DNA from: Bdellovibrionales bacterium
GTDB taxonomy: Bacteria > Bdellovibrionota > Bdellovibrionia > Bdellovibrionales > JAUICD01
Assembly: GCA_965262715.1 (NCBI GenBank)
Contig: OZ253553.1
Location: 1,536,001 to 1,600,000 of the forward strand
Length of the DNA stretch: 64,000 bases
Direction of reading: 5' to 3'
The notes beneath the pieces were generated by a model. That model was not told where the DNA came from, did not search any database, and saw nothing but the letters and a program-made list of their open reading frames with translations. The first letter of the stretch is position 1, and each line of letters begins with the position of its first letter. A program made the position numbers and the translations under genes. Of the stretch, positions 30,355 through 40,516 are shown in pieces.

Positions 30355-31575
30355 TTACACACCACCACCAATATTAGATAGTTCAAAGATAGGGATCATA
30401 ATGGACATAACGATGATACCAATAACCGCTCCTATGAAGATAATGAATAGAGGTTCCAATAAACTCGTTAACCCATCTACTCTTGTTTTAACTTGAAAGT
30501 CAAAGGCATCAGCCACTTGCGTGAGCATGTTTTCTAAATCCCCTGTTCTTTCACCAATTTTGATCATATGAATGACAATCGGAGGAAATTGGTTTGATTT
30601 TTTCAGAGGCGCAGCAATCGACTCACCTTCACTGATATTATCTCTTGCATTTTCAATAGCTATTGCTAGTACAGAATTGTTAACTACATTTTTCACAATA
30701 TCTAAAGCCTGCAACATAGGGACACCTCCAGTAAGAAGAGTGGCTAAAGTTCTTGTAAAGCGGCTGACAGCAATCATTCGAGATAAACTCCCCATAAGAG
30801 GTATTTTAAGGAATATTTTATCCCAAGCTGCAGAGCCAGCTGGAGTTTTTTTCCAAAAGTGAAACAAAAAGTAACATCCCATAGACCCTATAAGCACAAT
30901 GAACCAATAATTAACTAAAAATCCACTAAAGCTAATGACCACTGCAGAATACCAAGGAAGAGTTAACTCTGGTGATTGGTCAAAAATAGTTGTAATTTTA
31001 GGGATCACATAAACAAAAAGGCCCATCAACATGATCATTGAAAAACCCAACATAATGATAGGGTAGAGCATAGCTGATTTGACTTTTTTATTAAGTTGGT
31101 CTTCTGCCTCTGTAAACTCAGCTAACCTCAAAAGAATCACATCCAATGTTCCTGACATTTCACCGGCTTCACACATAGACACATAAATTTTACTGAAGAG
31201 TTGTGGGTATTTCTTAAGAGATTTGTGCAATGGCTGACCTTCTGTAACTTGATTTTTAATTTCAGAAAGTGCCTCTTTAAGTGAAGGATTGTCTACTTGA
31301 TCACTTACAGCGCCTAATGTTTCAACAAGTGGAATATCTGCCTTCAAAAGGGTGGCTAACTGACGTGTCATTAATGACATATCTTCCGTAGATGCTTTAC
31401 CTCGATGATTTTTTTTTGATTTACTGCCTACAGGCTGCCTCTTGCTTTTGATATCAATGACAAAGATACCCTCTCGTTTTAACTTACCCTGAGCTACTCT
31501 AAGGCTATCTGCATCAATTGTTCCATGTGTGTTCTTCCCTGCCTTAGTCAGCCCTTTGTATTCAAATCTAGCCAT
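30355..31575 (-). CDS. gspF: Type II secretion inner-membrane platform protein GspF/PilC
   Basis: TRQLATLL, AGEMSGTL, KSAMLYP, GERTGDL and SLLEP duplicated T2SSF domains. Confidence 0.9.
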   Translation of the reverse strand: MARFEYKGLTKAGKNTHGTIDADSLRVAQGKLKREGIFVIDIKSKRQPVGSKSKKNHRGKASTEDMSLMTRQLATLLKADIPLVETLGAVSDQVDNPSLKEALSEIKNQVTEGQPLHKSLKKYPQLFSKIYVSMCEAGEMSGTLDVILLRLAEFTEAEDQLNKKVKSAMLYPIIMLGFSMIMLMGLFVYVIPKITTIFDQSPELTLPWYSAVVISFSGFLVNYWFIVLIGSMGCYFLFHFWKKTPAGSAAWDKIFLKIPLMGSLSRMIAVSRFTRTLATLLTGGVPMLQALDIVKNVVNNSVLAIAIENARDNISEGESIAAPLKKSNQFPPIVIHMIKIGERTGDLENMLTQVADAFDFQVKTRVDGLTSLLEPLFIIFIGAVIGIIVMSIMIPIFELSNIGGGV

Positions 31576-32133
31576 TATGTATAAATTCCTTATAAATTAT
31601 TTTTGAGAATTTAAAATTTCTAGTATAAATAACTCTTAGAAACTTTCTCTATTTTATTAATTCATTCTTTATTTATTCAATCAAGAAAATCAATGATGAG
31701 CAATGGCCTTGTTGTACAAAGCGGAGATTTAATGAATGAATTTATATGCTATATGTTGTTGAATCACTGATCTTACGCAACTTTTATAATTTTAAGAGGT
31801 TTGTTGTTGTTTATTGATTTATCTAAGTCAAATCTTGATGAATTGCCATCTTTTGAAATCTGGGAACATGGGAACACGGAAAACTGGCAATCTGGCCTTC
31901 AAGAACTGAGAAGAAATATCGATTCTTATATAAAAATGTAACTTATGTGTCCAGAATGAACCTCTAAGGTCCTAGTTATCAGATACAGATTGCCTGCCTG
32001 CCGGATTACCAGAAACTGGAAAAACCACAGACAGATAATGTAACTTTAATAAAGAGATGTTCTTCGTTTACACAGGATCCAGTAGACTGGCATCAAAGGC
32101 ATTCAGGCAAATTGTTATGTATATAGATTTTCT

Positions 32134-32604
32134 TTAAAGGTCACCTAAGATTTGCTCTATATGTCCTTTAACTGTCACATTAGGATAAATTTTTTGAATT
32201 TTTCCATTAGAATCAATCACAAAGGTTGCTCTTTGAATGGATATAATTTCTTTTCCAAACATGTTTTTAGGTTTTAAAACACCATACTTTTGACAAACTT
32301 GACCTTGATCATCTACTAAAAGAGAAAAGTTCAAGCCATATTTATTCACAAATCTTTGATGAAGATCTTCTGAATCTCTACTAACTCCAAGGATAACTGT
32401 TTTTTTGTTTTTAAACTGCTTCATGTTATCTTTAAAGTCACAAGCCTCTATTGTACAGCCTGGAGTTAAATCCTTAGGATAAAAATAAAGAATCACTGTT
32501 TGGCCTTGAAAGTCCTTTAAGGAAACCTTTTGACCTGTTTGATCTTTTAAAGAAAAACTAGGAGCCGTATCTCCTTCTTTTAAACTCACTTCTTTCTCAC
32601 CCAT
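32134..32604 (-). CDS. bcp: Peroxiredoxin BCP
   Basis: YFYPKD.TPGCT.EAC motif; RBS before ATG 32604. Confidence 0.93.
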   Translation of the reverse strand: MGEKEVSLKEGDTAPSFSLKDQTGQKVSLKDFQGQTVILYFYPKDLTPGCTIEACDFKDNMKQFKNKKTVILGVSRDSEDLHQRFVNKYGLNFSLLVDDQGQVCQKYGVLKPKNMFGKEIISIQRATFVIDSNGKIQKIYPNVTVKGHIEQILGDL

Positions 32605-32705
32605 TCTTGTACTCCCTTTTTGTACAATTAATATTTTTGACATTATACCATTATTGTGGGCTTTTAAAGAAAAAAATATTTGAGTTCCCAATTATTTCAA
32701 AATTC

Positions 32706-34973
32706 TTATAGCACCTCAAATCCTGCATGTTTTGTGATGAATTTTCTTATGGAGTTATCCTCAAAAAGAACAGTAACTCTCTGCCCTTCACCTCTACCCT
32801 CTGTTTGATAAACAGTACCAACTCCAAATCGACTATGTCTTACACGACATCCCTTACTAATAGATTTTTTTTCATCTACTTGAGATTCATAGTCAGGCAT
32901 TTTATCAAAGTCATCTTTGTGATAATCATTTGGCTTCTTGTAAGATGGCAATTTGTTTACAGTATTTGAATTAAGCCCATAGTAAGTAGAGCTTTTCATC
33001 GAGTGATATGGCTTATGAGCATTCATTATTATATATTCTGTTGGAATTTCTGTGAGAAATCGACTAGGCATAGGATAGCCTTTTTTATAAGAAACCGTTC
33101 TTCTCTCTTTAGCATAAGTTAAATAAAGTTTTTCTTTAGCTCTTGTCATACCAACATACGCAAGTCGACGTTCTTCCTCTAAAGAATTTGACGAGTCAAA
33201 AGAGTCTAAGGCACTTGCTGTAGGAAAAAGCCCTTCCTCCATCCCAACTATAAAAACATAAGGAAACTCTAATCCTTTGGATACATGAAGAGTCATTAAA
33301 GTGACATAATCTTGAATCTCCTGAGAGCCTTCTAATTCATTGATGAGCGCAGTTCTTTCTAAAAAAGCCTGAAGTGTTGCACCTTCCTTTTTCTCCTCTT
33401 CAAAATACTTGATGGCATTGTGCAACTCTTGTAGATTACCTATTCTCATATCCGCTTCTTTTTTCTCTTCAGCTTCCTTTAACCTTTGAACATAATGAAT
33501 TTTTTCTAGTATTAATTTATAAATATCAGAAACTAAAAGATTTTGTAATTCTCCTTTCAAGTCATTCATAAGAGTTAAAAAATCTGAGATTTTTTTCAGT
33601 GTTGCAACAGGTAATAAACTTTGAGATATAGCAAAAGCGGCTGCCTCTACTAAAGAAGTTTGATTTTGGATAGCAATACTTTCAATTTTTGATATGGTTG
33701 TTTTGCCAATACCTCTTGCAGGGGTGTTGATAATTCTTAGAAAAGCAATGTTTTCTGTAGGGTTTAAAAGAAACCTTAAATAAAATAGAATATCTTTAAC
33801 TTCTCTGCGTTCATAGAACTTTGTTCCTCCTACTAACCTGTGGGGGATATTTTGAGATAAAAGCTGCTCTTCTAAAATACGAGATTGAGCATGTGTTCTA
33901 TAAAAAACAGCAAAATCACTAAATTTAGCACCTTTTTCGCTTATGAGTCTTTTGATTTCGTGAATCACTCTTAAAGCTTCAGTTCTTTCATTACTCTCTT
34001 GTTGGATAGCAATTTTATCTCCTATCTGCCCATTAGAAAATATTGTTTTGCCTTTTCTCTGTCTATTATGGGAAATCAAGTGAGAGGCTGCATTAATAAT
34101 AGTTTGAGTTGAACGATAGTTTTCTTCTAATTTAATAATCCTTGCCTCAGGATAATCTTTTTCAAAACTTAATATATTGTGAATATCAGCTCCTCTCCAT
34201 CCATAAATGGATTGATCTTCATCTCCAACAACGCAAATATTTCTATGATTTTTTGCTAGCGTTTTTAAGAGCAAATATTGGACATGGTTTGTGTCTTGGT
34301 ATTCATCTACATGGATAAACTGAAAGAAATTTCTATAAAAATCTAAAATCTCTTTATCTTTCTTAAATAAAAGATAAGTTTTTAAGAGCAAATCTGAGAA
34401 GTCTAAGAGATTAGAATTTTTCATTTCTTCCTCATAAGCCCTATAAAAGCCTACTGTTTGAAAGTCATAAGAAAGCTTTTGACTGACTTGGTCTGGCTGA
34501 AGTGCTAATCTTTTCGCTTTATTGATTTGATTTTGTAAGCGTTTAGGTGGATATATCTGCTCACTCATATTGAGATGAGGCATAATTCTCTTAATGATCT
34601 GAAGCTGTTCTACGCTATCACAAATATTAAAAGATACTTGATAACCTAAATGATCAATGTGCTTCCGCAGAATATAAGCTCCTAAAGCATGAAATGTGCC
34701 AACCCAAGGAGGGATGATATCATGGATACCTTGTGTTTTAAGCAGGGAAAGACAACGATTTTTCATTTCATTTGCTGCTTTATTTGTAAAAGTAACAGCT
34801 AGAATTCTTTCGGGTTGGGTCTTTTTTTGGAGAACTAAATTGACAATACGGTAAGCTAAAACCTTTGTTTTACCCGAACCAGCACCTGCTAGGATCAATA
34901 AAGGACCTTCTAGATGATCTACCCCTAATTTTTGATTTTGATTAAAGTCTTTATCAAAAAGTCCCTGCTGCAT
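32706..34973 (-). CDS. pcrA: UvrD/PcrA DNA helicase
   Basis: AGAGSGKT, DEYQD, ENYRS and EEERRLAYVGMTRA motifs; C-terminal Tudor-like domain. Confidence 0.93.
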   Translation of the reverse strand: MQQGLFDKDFNQNQKLGVDHLEGPLLILAGAGSGKTKVLAYRIVNLVLQKKTQPERILAVTFTNKAANEMKNRCLSLLKTQGIHDIIPPWVGTFHALGAYILRKHIDHLGYQVSFNICDSVEQLQIIKRIMPHLNMSEQIYPPKRLQNQINKAKRLALQPDQVSQKLSYDFQTVGFYRAYEEEMKNSNLLDFSDLLLKTYLLFKKDKEILDFYRNFFQFIHVDEYQDTNHVQYLLLKTLAKNHRNICVVGDEDQSIYGWRGADIHNILSFEKDYPEARIIKLEENYRSTQTIINAASHLISHNRQRKGKTIFSNGQIGDKIAIQQESNERTEALRVIHEIKRLISEKGAKFSDFAVFYRTHAQSRILEEQLLSQNIPHRLVGGTKFYERREVKDILFYLRFLLNPTENIAFLRIINTPARGIGKTTISKIESIAIQNQTSLVEAAAFAISQSLLPVATLKKISDFLTLMNDLKGELQNLLVSDIYKLILEKIHYVQRLKEAEEKKEADMRIGNLQELHNAIKYFEEEKKEGATLQAFLERTALINELEGSQEIQDYVTLMTLHVSKGLEFPYVFIVGMEEGLFPTASALDSFDSSNSLEEERRLAYVGMTRAKEKLYLTYAKERRTVSYKKGYPMPSRFLTEIPTEYIIMNAHKPYHSMKSSTYYGLNSNTVNKLPSYKKPNDYHKDDFDKMPDYESQVDEKKSISKGCRVRHSRFGVGTVYQTEGRGEGQRVTVLFEDNSIRKFITKHAGFEVL

Positions 34974-35245
34974 AAGATACTCTCCAGTTACTCAATCCTA
35001 AGATAGTAATAAAACATAAGACTGCACGTGATTCATCCTTTTTTTTACTTTTATCATAGTGCCCAACAAAAGATTAAAGAGCTTATGACGAACAAAAGTG
35101 TTTATAAATTTAAAGATGAGATAAAAGAGCTCTTTGCCTTCTAAACTCGATCATTCTGCAACTCTAAAAATTGGGCAAATAAGGAAGGATTGGTCCATGA
35201 TCAAAAAATAGTGCTTCTTATATAGCTTAAAAATTAAGTTTGGTA

Positions 35246-35863
35246 TCAAATTTGAAAAGAACCTAACGTAAGGTATCTTCCAGTTGTTTTGCAATACTCT
35301 GAATAATCTTTGTAATGTTGAATAAGAAACTTTTCTTCTTCTTTGATTTGCAAGTGAATACCCAAGAAACCTAAAACTGCAAACATTAAAAAGATATAAT
35401 TTGGAATAGCAAAAAAGAAACCTAAAAATATCATGTTGAGGCCAAGAAAAATTGGGTTTCTAGAAAAAACATAAAGTCCAGATGTTATAAGGTCATCCTT
35501 TGTTTGTTCATCTATTCCAACACGCCAACTTTTTCCTAAATGAATTTGCGCTGTTAACATCAATAAAAAAGCAAGTGCCATGAGAACAAGACCGCCTGCC
35601 CTATAACTAAAATCAGTCAAAAAATAAATTAATGGAATTTCATTTTTAAAAAAATCTAAGAAACCAAATAAAGCAGCAAATATAAAAAATGAATAAAGTC
35701 CAATGATATTAGCTGTTTCTATGAAACTTTTTACAGCAATTTTCCGGATGCCAAAAAAAACAAGCGCGTTTTTTCTGAATAAATAGGCATGAATTGCTGC
35801 TAAAATTAAGATATCAAGGAGAAAAATTATTGCAAAAATAGATGAAAGCTTTTCAATCTGCAC
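35246..35863 (-). CDS. Isoprenylcysteine carboxyl methyltransferase-family membrane protein
   Basis: LGKSWRVG..LITSGLY..SRNP, EEKFL and Y.EY....GR motifs. Confidence 0.85.
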   Translation of the reverse strand: MQIEKLSSIFAIIFLLDILILAAIHAYLFRKNALVFFGIRKIAVKSFIETANIIGLYSFFIFAALFGFLDFFKNEIPLIYFLTDFSYRAGGLVLMALAFLLMLTAQIHLGKSWRVGIDEQTKDDLITSGLYVFSRNPIFLGLNMIFLGFFFAIPNYIFLMFAVLGFLGIHLQIKEEEKFLIQHYKDYSEYCKTTGRYLTLGSFQI

Positions 35864-36072
35864 TTAAATATCATACCCTCTTAATAGCTGGTTTTTTGCC
35901 AAATTTAGTCTTCATATTTACACTTTGCAAGCTTGTCTGCTCTATTAACGCAAGCGCATAAAGGGCACTTAAAAATACTTGGGCAAAACTAGAGGTTGTT
36001 TTGATGTAAATCATTGAAATTTTTGACAGGCTCCCTCAATGGATTCAAAAGGAGAAGGGTAGATAGATAGTA

Positions 36073-37854
36073 TTATTTTAGGTTCACTTCAATAGGTAGC
36101 CCTAATGATTTCATAACTTTTAATGCATTTGTAGATGTAGCTGGTCCTTTTTTGATTTTGTGATCAAAAACTAAAAGATCATCTACCGTTTGATCTGTAA
36201 AATGCCAGTTTTCTAAACCTTTAACAGCTGTTGCCAGCTCTATATCATGAGTTGTGATCAATCCTAAACTTTTTGAGTCACACAGCGCTTGAATAAGAGC
36301 CTTAGAGCCAATTAATCTTTCTCTACTATTTGTGCCTTTGAATATTTCATCAATCAAAAATAAAGAAGGCTGCTTGTTTGCCTCAGATAATAAGTGGCTT
36401 ATACGCGATACTTCTGAATAAAAATAAGATGCCCCTTGTTGAATAGAATCAGAAACCCTTATACAAGTTAAAGTTTTCCCAAAAAAAGTTTGAAAGTCAT
36501 CAGCAAAGACACTAGCTCCTATTAAAGTCAGCATTTGGTTGATCCCTATTGTTCTTAAAAACGTGGATTTGCCTGACATATTCGAACCTGTAATGAGAAT
36601 AATAGGATGGTCAGATTGGATTGTAATAGAGTTTGCCTTAGCTTCAGATCTTTTTATGAGTGGATGAAAAACATTTTTTGCATTTATAGATATGTTTTTA
36701 GAAAATGTAGGAAGGGTTTTTGTTTGAAAAACATAAAGAAAAATCAAAGATAATTGGACTTCCGTTTTTGCCATTGAGTCTTTTAGATCACCATAAATAC
36801 TACTGAGCTGAGAAGTCGTCGTCATAAGTCTGTTTGCAAAAAACTGATTCCAAGGCAAAATAGAGTTAATCATCAGTAGAATTACAGGATGAGACTGAAA
36901 ACTCAAAAAACTCACTAAAGTTGAAATATGTGAGAAATGTTTTTGAGGGTTATGCTGAATCAGTTTATCTGATAAATCGGATAGATCATTAGATTTTGCT
37001 ATTTTGTACATTCCATGAAAATAAGAATATTGAAAAGGTAAGTGGTTTTCTAAGGATTGAGCATAAAAGAAAGCTTGTGAATTGTATTTAAGAGAGTACA
37101 TCGAAAATAAAAAGAAAATCACCCATGCAGTAGAAAAAGCGGTGAATAAAGATGGAGTGGGAAAATAACAGTAAAGAGCAAATGTCGTTACAAAGGTCCA
37201 AAAAGCTATCCATAGACTTATTTCAGTAATTTTAGGACCTGAAAAATTTTGATGATTTTTTAAAAGATCTTCAAAACTAGATATATTTTTAGGTTTGTTT
37301 GCCTGATCTTCTGGGATAAGCGCGCGTGTTCGCGCAATCCATTTTACAAATTGTGAAGTTATTTTCTGCCATTTCTTTGTTCTAGTTTGTCTATCTAAAA
37401 TGGACTTTTCCGAAGAATCACCTTCTAATAAAAGCTTTAAAAATATCTGTTTTGAATGAGGTGATAAAGTTTCATTTATTAAGGCAAAGATAGACCGAGA
37501 CCCCATAAGATCTAAGTCATTTGATATGTCATTTAAGGTTGCTGGAGGATATGACTCATCCTCATAAATCCCGTCCTTCCGCTTTTGCTGCCTGTTATAG
37601 AAGTTTTGCAGCTGTTTAAGCTCTCTAAGATGCTTTTTAAGAGATTTTGTTTTTTGAATATAGTAGATGAAAGGGATACCAAAAATAATTAGGCTCGGCA
37701 GGCCTAGATGCCAAGTAGGTAAAAATGCAGCCAAGAATAAACCAGATATGAGCAACGCAATCCATATCAGTCTTGAATTAAAAGCTTTTTCTAATTCTGC
37801 TTGTCTCTGCTCATATATTTTATCTAATTTTTTATATCTCTTTTTTATGTCCAT
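36073..37854 (-). CDS. Membrane-anchored MutS-domain-V ATPase
   Basis: N-terminal TM segments; TGSNMSGKST, SYFYSE, DEIFKGTN and TTHD motifs. Confidence 0.85.
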   Translation of the reverse strand: MDIKKRYKKLDKIYEQRQAELEKAFNSRLIWIALLISGLFLAAFLPTWHLGLPSLIIFGIPFIYYIQKTKSLKKHLRELKQLQNFYNRQQKRKDGIYEDESYPPATLNDISNDLDLMGSRSIFALINETLSPHSKQIFLKLLLEGDSSEKSILDRQTRTKKWQKITSQFVKWIARTRALIPEDQANKPKNISSFEDLLKNHQNFSGPKITEISLWIAFWTFVTTFALYCYFPTPSLFTAFSTAWVIFFLFSMYSLKYNSQAFFYAQSLENHLPFQYSYFHGMYKIAKSNDLSDLSDKLIQHNPQKHFSHISTLVSFLSFQSHPVILLMINSILPWNQFFANRLMTTTSQLSSIYGDLKDSMAKTEVQLSLIFLYVFQTKTLPTFSKNISINAKNVFHPLIKRSEAKANSITIQSDHPIILITGSNMSGKSTFLRTIGINQMLTLIGASVFADDFQTFFGKTLTCIRVSDSIQQGASYFYSEVSRISHLLSEANKQPSLFLIDEIFKGTNSRERLIGSKALIQALCDSKSLGLITTHDIELATAVKGLENWHFTDQTVDDLLVFDHKIKKGPATSTNALKVMKSLGLPIEVNLK

Positions 37855-38035
37855 CTTTTTTTGATTTCCTTTAAAAGGCCTTATATCAAATAATGTCAGT
37901 TCAAACCGTAAGTGCAACTTTTTTATGATTATAGATATTTTTAAAAGTTATATGAAGCCATCTCAAAAATACATAATAGCAGTAAATAATATGAAATTGC
38001 AAAACACAAAACATAACATAACTAAAGATGGCTTC

Positions 38036-38275
38036 TTACTCAAAATGAACAGACTTGACGAGAGCCACGATAGTGGCCCTACGGAAAGCCGGAAGGGTCC
38101 ATTACCATTCGAGTTCAATGCTTCGACTTGCAAGCACTTTATTTGAATACCGAATAAGTAAGAAGTGATAATAGCTAATGATATGAATGAGAAGAGGCTT
38201 GCCTCACGAGTCTAGCCTCAGGGCAATGATTTGAAATTCAAGAAATAAATTGAAGGCCCAGCTCAATTTGAGTGA
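38036..38275 (-). mobile_element. 240-bp element with family-A-like termini, containing family B copy 2 and a GC-rich multi-hairpin segment
   Basis: Ends ttactcaaaatga (38036) / tcaatttgagtga (38263-38275); hairpins gccac-gata-gtggc and cgg-aaag-ccg; B copy at 38159-38266. Confidence 0.6.
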
Positions 38276-38411
38276 AACAGTCCTTTTATGTGGTACTTAA
38301 GTTAAGAGGTTGTTTTGAAAACGTGGACATTAGAATTAATTTTGAGATGAGTTCATAATATTAGAATTAAAGTTCCAATACAAAACTTATTTTTGAGACC
38401 AGTTCTAATAA

Positions 38412-38507
38412 GACTTAATGCATAAGTTAAAAGATGAGATCTTCCGCAGAGAAATTGCTATCAGCAATTTCTCGAGGACTTCGAGGACTTAACTTATGCA
38501 TCAAGTC
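38412..38507. repeat. Long bulged hairpin, family C copy 2, downstream of queC
   Basis: 19-bp outer arms with 1 mismatch; 11-bp inner stem; same cttccRca and gaggact junctions as copy 1. Confidence 0.8.
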
Positions 38508-38543
38508 ATTGCCTTAAAGGTTTTTTCTTCGTTTTGATTTTCT

Positions 38544-39194
38544 CTAAATTTGAGCCACATCAAAAGCAGCTTTTGCTCGCAGACAAGATTCACACAATCC
38601 ACAAGGCACATCTCCTCCCTCATAACAAGACCAAATCATATCAAAATTAACTCCTATACTCTTTCCTAGTTGAACAATCTCCTTTTTACTCATTTGAAGC
38701 GTGTAAGATTTAACCTGCACTTGAGAAAAAGTAGAAAGATTAAGTGTATTATTGATAGAGTTCACAAACTCTTCAGAATTATCTGGAAAAGTCATTGCCT
38801 CTTCCTTATTAAAACCTACAATGATATCAGTTTTTTTTCCTTTTGCAAAAGCTGCTGCAATATGAATAAAAATAGCATTTCTATTTGGAACCCATACCTG
38901 TTGAGCACTTTTTTGTATTTGCTCCATATCACCTAAATCAACATTTTTAGGCAACCTTGCAAAAGAAGATGTTAATGCGGATTCACTTAAACTTTTTAGC
39001 CATGGAAGAGTTAAGACTTGAGAAGATATTTGAAGCTCCTTTGCAATTTGAGATGCTCTAGATATCTCTTTTTTAGAAGCCTTTTGACCATAATCAAAGC
39101 ATAAGGCTGTTACATTTTTATAGTCTTTTTTAGCTAAGTAGCAATTAACAGTAGAATCTAAACCTGCTGAGAGCAATACAATAGCATTTTGCAC
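38544..39194 (-). CDS. queC: 7-cyano-7-deazaguanine synthase
   Basis: LLSAGLDS, FDYGQ, WVPNRN and WSCY...PCG.CESC motifs. Confidence 0.93.
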   Translation of the reverse strand: MQNAIVLLSAGLDSTVNCYLAKKDYKNVTALCFDYGQKASKKEISRASQIAKELQISSQVLTLPWLKSLSESALTSSFARLPKNVDLGDMEQIQKSAQQVWVPNRNAIFIHIAAAFAKGKKTDIIVGFNKEEAMTFPDNSEEFVNSINNTLNLSTFSQVQVKSYTLQMSKKEIVQLGKSIGVNFDMIWSCYEGGDVPCGLCESCLRAKAAFDVAQI

Positions 39195-39309
39195 AACTTT
39201 TTCCTTATCACAAACAATACACTAATATAAACTTTTTTATCCAAAAAGTACACTATGTCGCAAAAAGAGTCTATTTAAGAATAATAAAAAATAAACTCGA
39301 ATATATTGA

Positions 39310-39379
39310 ATCTGACTATTTTACAGTTGACTATGAGATAGTCATGACTATATCATAGTATATATGAAAATAGTCAGAT
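39310..39379. promoter_or_regulatory. 70-bp imperfect palindrome of GACTAT boxes overlapping the ATPase start codon
   Basis: 28 of 35 positions symmetric about 39344/39345; central atagtcatgactat. Confidence 0.7.
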
Positions 39380-40497
39380 ACCTCAAATCACAAATTTCGC
39401 AAGATTTGCTTCGCAAAATGGCTTTTATTGGAGGTCCTAGACAGGTTGGTAAAACAACACTAGCAAGACAGATTATTAAAAAATCCTCATCCTATCTCAA
39501 TTGGGATAACCTGGAACATCGTCAACTGATCCTAAAAAATCAAATACCTACTCATCTGCCAGAACTTATCTTTGATGAGGTTCATAAATTCTCTCATTGG
39601 CGAAATTTTATTAAAGGTATGTACGATACTTATAAAGACAATATAAAAATCATTGTGACAGGTTCTGCAAGATTAGATCATTTTAAAAAGGGAGGAGATT
39701 CTCTTTTTGGTCGGTATCATTACTTTCGACTTCATCCCTTCAGTCTAAGGGAATTAAATAAGAAACCGACTGCCAGTGATGCTAATGATCTTTTGCACTT
39801 AGGAGGTTTTCCAGAACCTTTACTTAGTGGAAGTCAAAAAACTTATCGCCGTTGGTCTTTGGAAAGACTCAATAGAGTCGTTTACACAGACATCAATGAT
39901 CTAGAAAATATTAAGGAAATATCTAGTATAGAACTTTTAATACAGGCCCTGACAGACCGTATTGGTTCACCACTATCCATAGAAAACTTAAGGCAAAGTT
40001 TACAGGTAAGTCATAACACTATATCCAGATGGCTTTCTATTCTAGAGACACTTTATGTGTGTTATCGTATTTCTCCTTTTGCTAGTCCAAAGATTAGAGC
40101 AGTTAAGAAGGAGCAAAAGTTATATTTGTGGGATTGGGTACAAGCTAGCACGCCAGCAGCTCGTTTTGAAAATATGGTCGCTTCGCAGCTTCTTAAATAT
40201 TGTCATTTTATACAAGATACCGAAGGATATCTTATGGATTTGCAGTATATAAGAGATAGAGACGGACGTGAAATCGATTTTGTAGTTTTAAAGGACAAAA
40301 AACCATTATTTGCAGTAGAGTGCAAGCTATCAGAGCAATCTTTGTCAAAAAATATTCATTATTTTAAGCAAAGAACCACTCTCCCTGAATTTTATCAAGT
40401 GTATTTAGAGAAAAAAGACAAAGATTACGGTCGCGCAGATGTTTATGGTCGATGTTTGCCTTTTTGGAAATTTTGTCAAATTAAAAAAATGCCATAA
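39364..40497 (+). CDS. AAA_14 ATPase with DUF4143 and a C-terminal PD-(D/E)xK-like domain
   Basis: GPRQVGKT, FDEVH, VTGS, GGFPE, FENMV and REIDFV...VECK motifs. Confidence 0.9.
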   Translation: MKIVRYLKSQISQDLLRKMAFIGGPRQVGKTTLARQIIKKSSSYLNWDNLEHRQLILKNQIPTHLPELIFDEVHKFSHWRNFIKGMYDTYKDNIKIIVTGSARLDHFKKGGDSLFGRYHYFRLHPFSLRELNKKPTASDANDLLHLGGFPEPLLSGSQKTYRRWSLERLNRVVYTDINDLENIKEISSIELLIQALTDRIGSPLSIENLRQSLQVSHNTISRWLSILETLYVCYRISPFASPKIRAVKKEQKLYLWDWVQASTPAARFENMVASQLLKYCHFIQDTEGYLMDLQYIRDRDGREIDFVVLKDKKPLFAVECKLSEQSLSKNIHYFKQRTTLPEFYQVYLEKKDKDYGRADVYGRCLPFWKFCQIKKMP

Positions 40498-40516
40498 TCT
40501 ATGTAAATATTCTATG

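Noticed and set aside
35888..35992. Weak inverted ends ctggttttttgccaa / ttgggcaaaactag
   Set aside because: Imperfect and single copy; cannot be supported as an element
37925..38146. 73-aa ORF
   Set aside because: Crosses repeat elements; no RBS or motif
38544..39194. queC plus ATPase as a Dpd or QatABCD-type defence system
   Set aside because: The genes are divergent, no dpdA or tatD partner is present, and canonical tgt and queA explain queC as part of tRNA queuosine synthesis
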